A DNA stretch of 64,000 nucleotides from Phyllobates terribilis (lineage: Eukaryota), in NCBI RefSeq assembly GCF_046119375.1, contig NW_027362767.1:127410001-127474000 (forward strand), read 5' to 3'. Both the position numbers and the translations under genes were made by a program. Positions 1-10,751 of this stretch are shown piece after piece. Within the stretch, counting starts at the first letter, position 1. Every line of letters begins with the position of its first letter. The notes beneath the pieces were generated by a model. It searched no databases. It saw only the letters and a program-made list of their open reading frames with translations, and was not told the origin of the DNA.

Positions 1-670
1 TCCGGCCATGGTGTGACAGTATTTCTCTCTTGTATTTGATATTATTGGTCATTTTAAAAAATGCACATGACACATTTCCTTAAAGCAAAATAAATAAAAA
101 TACTATTTTTAGGTATATTGGGTATTATAAGAAATGTGTAATAGGTTACAGTAGAGTAGGGCCCGGCCAGCAGAGTCTGCTTGTCGTGGTGGCAGCTTAA
201 AAAATCTTTTGGCCAAAACAAAAGCTGCTGGCTATGTATGTGATCTGGTGTTGGATTTGAACTGTTAATGTGTGATTAGTGAGGACATGGGTGCAGAAGT
301 GGAGATTTTCCAAGAGTGAGGGGTGGGACTGGGGAAGTTTCGAGGCGTGGAGGCAGAGCTGAGGTGGAGCCTGAGTGGAATCTCAAGGGGGCCCAAAAAT
401 TTTGCCAGTATGAGGCCCTGAAATTCCTGGTGGCAGCCCTGCATGTGGTAGCAGAGATATCCTTAACTTGTGAGACGCTAGAATACTTTATCAACATAGC
501 AATGTACAACGTTATCTGACAAGTTATAGATTGCTACATATGTACAGGATCAGAACCAATAATAGCAAAAGGAATACATCACCAAAATTATCAATATTAC
601 AGAAATACATCACCAGAACCACCATCAATACAGCACTATATCACTAGAACCATCATCAGTACACGAATAC

Positions 671-1599
671 TGTAACGCTAGTGGGCGTGGACACACTATG
701 CCACAGGCCAGGCTTAGCCTGGAGGGGTGTACCTGGTTTTCACTAGAGCAGGGATGTCAAACTCAAACACACAAAGGGGCAAAATTAAAAACTTGGACAA
801 AGTCGCGGGCCAACTAGTATACAGTATAATGGGCCCCACACAGTCCTACATAAAGATGAATGGGCCCCATATAGTCCTCCAAACAGTATAATAGCCCCAC
901 AGTGTCCTCCATACAGTATAATGGCCCCACATAGTCCTCCATGCAGAATAATGGCCCCACATAGTCCTCTATGCAGAATAATGGCCCTACATAGGGGAGG
1001 TGGCTCTGGTATCACAGGCCAAATATAATCACACTGCGGGCCAGATTGGGCCCACGGGCCAGAGCTCGACATGTATGTTCTAGAGCCTCTGGTGGTGAGG
1101 TTAGGCATGGCCGCAGGTAGTCACCAAGTACCACTCCAGGGCAGTCCCTGGGACTGCAGCAACTGACTGGAGGGCCAGAGGCGCGGGTATGTGATACAGG
1201 AGGAAAAAGACAAGACATGGTCCGAGGTCAGGGCAGGCAGCACAAAATTAGTAAGGGTAACTGAGGTCAGGAACGGAGAGGTCAGGCAGGATGGGAAAAC
1301 TAGCCAGGTCGGTAACGGGTAGCAATATACAGATGTAAACATAAACGTGGACTAATAGAATAGGAACCAATGTTTGGGCGGAGATTGGAAGGCTGAGCTG
1401 CCTAATAAAGGCCCTGCTCACTCAGGATTGGCTGGGGAACCTAATCTCTGTAGGACTTAGCAAGGTTAAATTCCTGCAGAGACTGGCCACACCCCCTAAC
1501 TCTAAATGAATGCAGCAAGCAGATGCAGCAGCGCTGCATGAGGTAGATTAGCGAAATGGCCTGATTTGGGGGAAATGGGTGCGAGTTACCGCAGTGACA
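671..1599. mobile_element. Probable solo LTR (TG...CA) containing a nested hAT MITE
   Basis: Begins TGTAACG and ends GTGACA; interrupts a degenerate ~30-bp repeat present on both sides; no clear TSD. Confidence 0.45.
749..1077 (+). mobile_element. hAT (Charlie/Buster-like) non-autonomous element, copy A, with internal ~31-bp minisatellite
   Basis: Ends CAGGGATGTCAAACTC / GAGCTCGACATGTATG; flanks CACTAGAG / TTCTAGAG form a degenerate 8-bp TSD; same family as 59691..60465. Confidence 0.7.
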
Positions 1600-3551
1600 A
1601 CTATATCGCAAGAACCACCATCAGTACATGAACACATTACCAGATACACTATCAGTATATGAATACATCACTAGAAGCACCATCAGTACATGAACACATT
1701 ACCAGATACACTATCAGTACAGGAATACATCACCAGAACCATCATCAGCACATGAATACATCACGAGATCCATCATTAGTACATGAATATATCACCAAGC
1801 TTAATATAGAAATAAATTGCAATGTCAGGGCAGCCCCATATACAGTTGTATTGTATGAACCTGCAACTTCCAGTATGTTCTTAACAATGGTAAGAAAATA
1901 CTGGATGTTATTGTTAACAGTCTTCATCAGACTGTGGACCATACAGGAACCACAGTACTGATGATGCACAGGTAGTATCACAAATAAGCCTTTACAGCCA
2001 GAAACCTTCTCTTATTGGAGTCATTCTCTTTTTTCTCTTCTCCATCTTGTCCAGACACCATGATGTCTTTTCACCTCCACAGCTCCTCATTGCAGACTTC
2101 TCTCTTCTCTAGTCTTGTGCAGCACGTCCCGAATCAATGCCCTTAAAAATAAGTGTCATTATAATGATCCTGTAAGATTTACCTAGTGAGATCAATCCAC
2201 AAAGCCTCAGATCAGGGTGGGCACAAGGACTCTGGGAATTGGTGCAGCAGGCAGGAAGGCACGTGGTGAGCAAGGGCTTGGCACACTGAACACCACAGGA
2301 ATACAATACCAGTTGAAGGTAGACACAAGTTCAACGCAGCACCCAGCGAAAGCAGAGGAACCACAGGCAGCATCAAATGTTCAATATGAACAGAGTCCAA
2401 TAACATAATATGGTTGACTGCAACTGGGGTTATTCCATAGATAGCAAGGGTTAACCTGCTGAATTGAAGGTATGAAGGATCAGAGAGGGCTTACAAGTAG
2501 AGGCATTAATGGTGGAGCCCACCAAATACAAGACACTAGAGTCTTCATCCTAAAACACATGTGCGTGTCGTAGTGGGCCTTAAATAGGCCTAGGGAGATG
2601 ATGTAATTGAGCCACACCTGGCAACTTGCAAAATCTGATGTGGAGCACAACAGGGGGCATCACACTCATGGGAAGGAAGTGGAGCCCGGGATACCTGGAA
2701 CAGATCTGTAACAGCTCCTGAATAAAAATATCTGCCCTATGCTATTTCCCTGAATAAAAAAATTGCCTCTCAGTGTGCTCCCTACACAAGACATAACCAC
2801 CACACTGTTGTATATGGCCTCTACACTGTCCTCTCCAATAATATATTACCTCCATGTTGTCTGCCTTTATAAACAATAACCACCACTGTCCGTCCTGATT
2901 ATCTAAAACCACCACACTGTCCGCCTGATTAACTATAACTGCGACCCTGCCACTATCTTGAGTACCCCATCACCCTACTCCCTTTCCATAATGAGCCCCC
3001 TCTTCAGACTGTTCCCTCTATACTGCCCAGTCTCTATACTGTGCCCCTTCTCATAATTCCTCCCTGTGAATACTGTCTGATCTTTGCTGTTCCCTCACAC
3101 TCACTCAATGTTTTCTCACACTATCCCTCCCATACTGTCCCCACACATTTCCCTCCCCCTGTACTATCACTCAAACTTCCTCCCCAATACTTTCCCCTCA
3201 CACTTTTCTCTCCCATACTGTTCCCTCACACTTTCCCCCTCACTTTTCTTCTCCATACAATCCATTTGCACTTTCCTCCATATTGTCCTCTCACACTTCC
3301 CCCTATACTATCCCCACACACTTCCCCCATACTGTCCTCTCACATGCCACCCAATCATACTGTCCCTTCACACTTCCATATACCCCTCCACATCTCCCCA
3401 TTAATTAATCTTCTCTGTTTCTTTTGCTGCATTTACCTTATTGTCATCCTCCTCTTCTATGGCACAGAAATGACGTTAGCAGTATAATCAGGTGAACTGG
3501 TCAAGCTGCTGTCGGTACGTTGACCCCCAAAGTGCTGGTGGACAGAGCATC

Positions 3552-4671
3552 AAACTTTGAAAGTGTCCCCAAGTGCAGTTGCAAAAACCATCAAGCGCTA
3601 CAAAGAAACTGGCTCACATGAGGACTGCCCCAGGAAAGGAAGACCAAGAGTCACCTCTGCTTCTGAGGATAAGTTTATCCGAGTCACCAGCCTCAGAAAT
3701 CGCAGGTTAACAGCAGCTCAGATTAGAGACCAGGTCAATGCCACACAGAGTTCTAGCAGCAGACACATCTCTTCAACAACTGTTAAGAGGAGACTTTGTG
3801 CAGCAGGCCTTCATGGTAAAATAGCTGCTAGGAAACCACTGCTAAGGACAGGCAACAAGCAGAAGAGACTTGTTTGGGCTAAAGAATACAGGGAATGGAC
3901 ATTAGACCAGTGGAAATCTGTGCTTTGGTCTGCTGAGTCCAAATTTGAGATCTTTGGTTCCAACCACCGTGTCTTTGCGCGACGCAGAAAGGTGAACGGA
4001 TGGACTCTACATGCCTGGTTCCCACCGTGAAGCATGGAGGAGGAGGTGTGATGGTGTGGTTATGCTTTGCTGGTGACAATGTTGGGGATTTATTCAAAAT
4101 TGAAGGCATACTGAACCAGCATGGCTACCACAGCATCTTGCAGCGGCATGCTATTCCATCCGGTTTGCGTTTAGTTGGACCATCATTTATTTTTCAACAG
4201 GACAATGACCCCAAACACACCTCCAGGCTGTGTAAGGGCTATTTGACCAAGAAGGAGAGTGATGGGGTGTACGCCAGATGACCTGGACTCCACAGTCACC
4301 AGACCTGAACCCAATCGAGATGGTTTGGGGTGAGCTGGACCGCAGAGTGAAGACAAAAGGGCCAACAAGTGCTAAGCATCTCTGGGAACTCCTTCAAGAT
4401 TGTTGGAAGACCATTTCTGGTGACTACCTCTTGAATCTCATCAAGAGAATGCCAAGAGTGTGCAAAGCAGTCATCAAAGCAAAAGGTGGCTACTTTGAAG
4501 AACCTAGAATACAAGACATATTTTCAGTTGTTTCACACTTTTTTAAGTATACAATTCCACATGTGTTAATTCATAGTTTTGATGCCTTCAGTGTGAATGT
4601 GCAATTTTCAAAGTCATGAAAATACAGAAAAATCTTTAAATGAGAAGGTGTGTCCAAACTTTTGGTCTGTA

Positions 4672-4674
<3 letters not shown>
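3552..4674 (+). mobile_element. Tc1/mariner DD38E (Intruder-type) transposon copy 1, 5'-truncated and frameshifted
   Basis: Transposase fragments ([34 protein letters not shown]) are spread over three frames; the first catalytic D is mutated (WSAESKF); the right TIR ends ...GGTCTGTACTG|TA. Confidence 0.9.

Positions 4675-4728
<54 letters not shown>
4675..4728. repeat. (TA)27 microsatellite
   Basis: Direct reading; lies between the two DD38E copies. Confidence 0.98.
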
Positions 4729-4732
<4 letters not shown>

Positions 4733-4734
<2 letters not shown>

Positions 4735-6126
4735 GTACAGAGCTTCAAGAGGTAGTCACCGGAAATGGTCTTCCAACAATTTTGAAGGAGTTCCCAGAGA
4801 TGTTTAGCACTTGTTGGCCCTTTTGCCTTCACTCTGCGGTCCAGCTCACCCCAAACCATCTCGATTGGGTTCAGGTCTGGTGACTGTGGAGGCCAGGTCA
4901 TCTGGCGTAGCACCCCATCACTCTCCTTCTGGGTCAAATAGCCTTTACACAGCCTGGAGGAGTGTTTGGGGTCATTGTCCTGTTGAAAAATAAATGATGG
5001 TCCAACTAAACGCAAACCGGATGGAATAGCATGCTGCTGCAAGATGCTGTGGTAGCCATGCTGGTTCATCATGCCTTCAATTTTGAATAAATCCCCAACA
5101 GTGTCACCAGCAAAGCACCCCCACACCATCACACCTCCTCCTCCATGCTTTACGGTGGGAACCAGGCATGCAGAGTCCATCCGTTCACCTTTTCTGCATC
5201 GCACAAAGACACGGTGGTTGGAACCAAAGATCTCAAATTTGGACTCATCAGACCAAAGCACAGATTTCCACTGGTCTAATGTCCATTCCTTGTGTTCTTT
5301 AGCCCAAACAAGTCTCTTCTGCTTGTTGCCTGTCCTTAGCAGTGGTTTCCTAGCAGCTATTTTACCATGAAGGCCTGCTGCACAAAGTCTCCTCTTAACA
5401 GTTGTTGTAGAGATGTGTCTGCTGCTAGAACTCTGTGTGGCATTGACCTGGTCTCTAATCTGAGCTGCTGTTAACCTGCGATTTCTGAGGCTGGTGACTC
5501 GGATAAACTTATCCTCAGAAGCAGAGGTGACTCTTGGTCTTCCTTTCCTGGGGCGGTCCTCATGTGAGCCAGTTTCTTTGTAGTGCTTGATGGTTTTTGC
5601 AACTGCACTTGGAGACACTTTCAAAGTTTTCCCACTTTTTCGCACTGACTGACCTTCATTTCTTAAAGTAATGATGGCCACTCGTTTTTCTTTACTTAGA
5701 ATTTGTATTATGGCAAGAAAAAAGCAGCTAACAGTCTATTCAGTAGGACTATCAGCTGTGTATCCACCAGACTTCTGCACAACACAACTGATGGTCCCAA
5801 CCCCATTTATAAGGCAAGAAATGCCCTTATTAAACCTGACAGGGCACACCTGTGAAGTGAAAACCATTTCCGGTGACTACCTCTAGAAGCTTATCAAGAG
5901 AATGCCAAGAGTGTGCAAAGCAGTCATCAAAGCAAAAGGTGGCTACTTTGAAGAACCTAGAATATAAGACATATTTTCAGTTGTTTCACACTTTTTTGTT
6001 AAGTATATAATTCCACATGTGTTAATTCATAGTTTTGATGCCTTCAGTGTGAATGTACAATTTCCATAGTCATGAAAATACAGAAAAATCTTTAAATGAG
6101 GTGTGTCCAAACTATTGGTCTGTATG
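4733..6126 (-). mobile_element. Tc1/mariner DD38E transposon copy 2 (3' TIR largely deleted, start codon inverted)
   Basis: Long open transposase frame 4741..5681 with intact D, D and E. CAGTACAG at 4733 is fused directly to AGCTTCAAGAGG, a deletion of about 240 bp of TIR. The outer TIR spans about 5860..6126. Confidence 0.9.
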
Positions 6127-6600
6127 GTGCATTAGACTAATATTGGCTGCACCTGTCAATATTGACAGATTCAGCCATCTAATATGCTTGGGGGCCCCGG
6201 AAAATATATTGTTAGGGGGGGGGGGGGGGGGAGTTAAGGACCTGGCATGTCTGATTTCAGACTGCGGATCACTTTGATCTCCCAAAGATAAGCCCTCGCC
6301 AGAGATTTCTGTTGGTGGCTTTCTCATAGCAAACATAGGAGCGCTTGGCCTAATGCTTATGTATGGCAGAGATGGTCAAGATGGCTACTGGCCAAACCAC
6401 TATTCATCGACAGTCATCTAATGTGTATGGCCAGCTTTAGTCCCAGACAATCCCTTTAAATATGTTTCATTGATTCTTTCCTCATCTATAACCAATGTCA
6501 AATAAATTGACTAATGTAGTTTTTTTTTCTCCAGGAAAAGTAACTAGTACGCTTTGCTAGCAATCAAAATGACATGTTTTCTCTAAATATCCTACAACAG

Positions 6601-6690
6601 GAGGATCTGCGGGATGAAGCTGCTGAGCCCGACCTTGACATTGATGATCTACTGGATCTTTCATTTGAGGAGAAAAAATCTAGACTTCAG
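6601..6690 (+). CDS. PPP1R14D: PPP1R14D internal coding exon (90 nt)
   Basis: cctacaacag|GAG...CAG|gtactg; EPDLDIDDLLDL motif. Confidence 0.85.
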
Positions 6691-9297
6691 GTACTGGATC
6701 TACAGTCTATATAAAAAAAATTAGATAATTCCCAAATCCAAACTATTTTAGTAATAATGCTATGTGAGATTTATGAGCAGGATATCTAAAATACCGGCGC
6801 CGTAGCTGAAAGAAGTTATTCAGGGGTGAGAAAATGTAATGTTATAGTCATCTGTCTGTTGGAATTTGCTCTCCAAATTCCGTGCATCGCCCATGACAGA
6901 GAAGGGGGCTGGCCGAGCTATTGGAATGAGGGACTAAGCCATCCTCCTTATAAGCCATCCTCCTTATAAGCCATCCTTTCTTATATTGGAAATTAGTCGG
7001 AAGTGGATCTGCCAGGTCTGATGCTTATATCTACTTTCTTAAATGGCTATTCTCATCTTCATAGATGGGTATTGTATTCTCAAGCTCTATCCGACAAGCA
7101 CTTTTGCAATTTACTGCTCATTAAAATTTGCATCCGTTCTTGAGATATTAAGATTTTTCTTTCGTTTACAGCTCGTTGCCTGGGAGACCGACCACTTCTG
7201 CACTTTAACTGGCCGGGATTAGTTGCCAACAATGCACTCCAGCTTCAGAGGAACGCTTACAAGCTCAATAGGAATAGAACACATATTTGGCCACTGCTGA
7301 TTCACAGCAAAGGTGGCCGGTCTCCTAGACAATGAGCTGTAAACAAAATTGTTAATATCGCTAAAATGGCTGCAAATTTTAATAAGCAGTAAATTGCAAA
7401 CTTGCTTGTATTTACAAGTTCTATCCAACAATACCCATCTATGAAGACGGGAATAGCCCTTAAAGGAGTACTTTGGTTACTCTCCCTGGGTCCGCTGCTC
7501 CTGGTGACTGTTATCACCTGCAGTGTTGACAGCGCTGCAGCCAATAACTGAGCTAGAGTAGATAGCATGAGCCGCTCAGCTCCCTGATTGGTTGTCAACA
7601 CGATGCCAGGACTGCAGACGATAACACGAATAGTGAGACTCAGCACTGGACCTGGGGAGAGTAGGTAAGGCACAGTGTGTTTGATAGCTTAAAAAAAGAC
7701 AGAAATAGTAAGTGTGCCCCATTGTTCTCCATTAAACATGTCATATCACTAGTTCATATTTTTCTCCTCAGGACATCCTTCAGGAGTGTACCAGACCTAC
7801 AGAAGTGAGTATCCCAGCCCGTGAGAAAGCAAAATAATATTACAACACTGGAGCCTTAAGCTAAGTTCACACAAGCGTATAATAAAAAAATTGGCACATT
7901 TTTATCCAGAAAAAAAAAAAGATGATTTTTCCTCCTTATAGTCATCCGTGCGACATCCCTTTTTATATAATCAGTAGTGAATAAAATTTACTATGTTAAT
8001 AATGGTATTATATCCATAAAAATCGGATGCTATACAGAGGATCCATACAGGATCTGATTTTACTTTTTTGCGCACCCATAGACTTCCAAAATCTGTAACA
8101 GACTAGTTCAATGCTGCGAGTTTTTTTTCGCACGAACGTTCGGTACATGTGAGAAAACTGTCATCAGAAAAGCCCAATTGAATAACATCAGTCCCAGTGT
8201 CGTCAGTTTGATATTAGGTTTTTTCTTTCATGGACAGTATGAACAAGGCTGTGGAAAAAAATAAGTGCTAGGAAAACTTCCTATCTGTCACGGTACTGTT
8301 GCATGATCTCCTTCCCTATCCCTCACTCTAGGGGGCGCCCTAGTCTATCCCTGTCCCCGGATTACCCCGGAAGGTGGAGACGCTGGGGTCATGTGCCTTG
8401 CTATGCTACTGACTTACCCTTATCCGTTCCCTTCCCCACCCAGGATGGTGTGAGGCTGAAGTGTATAGGATAACACTAACCAGACAGACAAGGGAAGACA
8501 GACAGGGATAAATGAAAACTGCAATCATACAAAATACACTCACAAAACAACAAAGTGGAACACAGGGGAGGGTAAGGTAGGTGAAACCAAATAGGAGAAG
8601 ATGAGGCTGAACACGCAAACAAACTCCACGCAGTAATCTCCAGAACAACTCTCCAACCACCAATTCCAAACACCAAACAACTCCTCCAACTCCAAACCAG
8701 GCAGAATGAACTATCACAGGCAATTCCCAAATGCCAGTAGCAAGCATATATTCCAGAGGGGAGTGTCCAACACAGAACAGCTGAGGCAATTCAGGATGGA
8801 GAGCTCCAGGAGATCAACTGAACTGATTAACCCTAGCAATGCCAGAGCAAAGAGAACCTGCACTGTTTAGTATGATAGTGAAGCAGTTCTAACCAGTGCA
8901 GATCGGGTAACCAGACGCTGCAATCTTCTGGCCCCTCTCTGTCGCTATATCCCCATGACACTATTATTCAGTAAAACTGAGGAGCCTGGGGAGTAATGCC
9001 CTGAATACTATTCCTATAGCTTTCAGTTGTATTATGTATATGGTTTCTTCTTGTCTGCTATCACACGTTTCTTTTTTTGCAATTTTCCATAATTTGGCAA
9101 AATTGTTGCGGTTGTATGCTTTGTTGATCACAGAAAAAAACTGCAACGTGTGAACACAGGCAGTTGAACAAAACTAACTATGTTGATAATGGTATGATAA
9201 GGATGCTAAATCAGATTCTCTATTCTAGAAATTTATCCTGGAGCTGCTGGAGCGTCTAAAAGGATTGCGGAAACTATCGGACTTACAGCACAAGTGA
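6601..9297 (+). CDS. PPP1R14D: Protein phosphatase 1 regulatory inhibitor subunit 14D, 5'-partial; join(6601..6690,7772..7804,9229..9297)
   Basis: Three phase-0 GT-AG exons translate to EDLRDEAAEPDLDIDDLLDLSFEEKKSRLQ / DILQECTRPTE / KFILELLERLKGLRKLSDLQHK*. This is the CPI-17/PPP1R14 family C-terminal half. The RPTE motif and the position tail-to-tail with ZFYVE19 favour paralog D. Exon 1 (RxTVKY motif) was not found in the window. Confidence 0.85.
7039..7463. mobile_element. TTAA-flanked foldback MITE (T2/Kolobok-like)
   Basis: TTAA at both ends with long imperfect inverted arms; related sequence occurs near 18370-18950 and 25803-26119. Confidence 0.55.
7772..7804 (+). CDS. PPP1R14D: PPP1R14D 33-nt coding exon
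   Basis: ttctcctcag|GAC...GAA|gtgagt; DILQECTRPTE. Confidence 0.85.
8286..8960. mobile_element. Probable solo LTR
   Basis: TGTCACG...CATGACA termini; flanks CTATC / CTATT form a 5-bp TSD with one mismatch. Confidence 0.55.
9229..9297 (+). CDS. PPP1R14D: PPP1R14D last coding exon
   Basis: tattctag|AAA TTT ATC...AAG TGA; KFILELLERLKGLRKLSDLQHK*. Confidence 0.85.
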   Translation, partial: KFILELLERLKGLRKLSDLQHK

Positions 9298-9614
9298 CTG
9301 AAGATTAGGGTCCTAATTATAGACGGGGGGGAGGTCAGCAGTGCATTGTTTTATGGTACCGTCCTACTGATAAGCCACAAGATGTTACAAAGACGCACGA
9401 GAATCTGTGTTTGGCCAATGACATGCCGTTCCCATCATACTACCGATCTGAAGCTGGTCAGGCCGGACCTCCCTTTGCCGACTGCATAGTAATTAGCTTC
9501 ATCTTAAAGTTTATTTAAAGGGTCTTGTGCTTGTTGTAACAGCTCGAGGGTTTGTTCACACGCTGCCGGCATGCCGTACTTTTTTTGCAATTATTTTGAA
9601 GATCGCATTGTCTA

Positions 9615-9620
9615 AATAAA
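9615..9620 (+). terminator. Candidate PPP1R14D polyadenylation signal
   Basis: AATAAA about 320 nt downstream of the stop codon. Confidence 0.3.
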
Positions 9621-10333
9621 CCCCAAAATTAGTTTTAGATTAGAAACAAGAACTTTGTATCCGGAGCAGAGCCAAGGATAAACTTACCAAAGAGCCACCC
9701 TATGTGACTGCTATGGATCCACGGGAAAAGAAGGGCCTCATCCCTGGTTGGACCCCCCCCCCCCCCCATCCCTTTTGCCATAGGGCGATGATGACCTGTG
9801 CCGAAATCCTTCTTTATAGGAACTGCATTGAAATGGTAAAGCGCATGGAGTAGGGGACAATCAGGACTATCTGCCCATTCTGTGAGAACCATAATGAAGG
9901 GTCTTAGGGCAAACATAGTGCTGTTTTGGGGAAAAAGTCATCACTTTTTTTAGTGTAAACAGTAGCATCGCTCCCTGGAAAGTAGATGGGCAGGTAAGAT
10001 TTCACAGATGTCCTTGTTTGTGGTAGTAAAAACAGAAAGTTGTTGAAAGCGATTATTGTATTAAAATCTCTTAAAGCATTATTCACGGCGTAAGTCACCG
10101 ACAGCGCACTCATAGGGGAATTAGTAACAGGAATTATTGGAGAAAGGGAGCGATGACTAACCGATTCCAATCTCCATGCCCAAGATCAGGTCAGAACGGT
10201 AAGTCAAAATCTTCACAAAAAAAATAGTAATCTTGCAATTTTCACACTGGCCACTGGTATTTTTAGGCTGTCTTATCAGGAAGAGTTTTCAGCAGTCTCT
10301 TTATCAGCAGAGGCATGATTACAATGACAGGTG

Positions 10334-10751
10334 AGGCCATGTTCACATGTCCAGTAATCACCAGAATGGATCCAGCAGGAATCCGTTAACAAAAAAGTTG
10401 ACCAGACACAACTTTTTAGTCCAGCTAAAAGAAAAAAACTGATTTAAACTGCATCCATTTTTTTAACATTGAAATCTATGGAATACGGATCTGTTAATTA
10501 GCCACCAGTTTTGTTCCATTTGAAACTGATCCGGTAAGCAAAAAACGGATCCTTTTCAAATGAAAGAAAAACTGATGGCTAATTAACAGATCAGTTTTCC
10601 ATTGACTTCAATGTTAAAAAAAAAAGGATCCAGTTGAAATCAGCTTTTTTTTTTAGCTGGACAAAAAAGTTGTGTCTGCACAAATTTTTTGTTAACCGAT
10701 TGCTGCTGGATCCATTCTAACTGGTGATTACTTGACATGTGAGCTTAGCCT
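10334..10751. mobile_element. PIF/Harbinger-like foldback MITE nested in another MITE
   Basis: AGGCCATGTTCACATGTC ... GACATGTGAGCTTAGCCT termini, arms invert over nearly the whole length, TWA-like flanks. Confidence 0.55.

Noticed and set aside
4614-5681. 355-aa ORF with a novel IYIYIY C-terminal tail
   Set aside because: The tail is read-through across the TIR deletion into (TA)27, and the start codon is inverted.
1-6600. PPP1R14D exon 1 (RxTVKY inhibitory motif)
   Set aside because: No matching ORF or donor found by eye; presumably upstream of the window.
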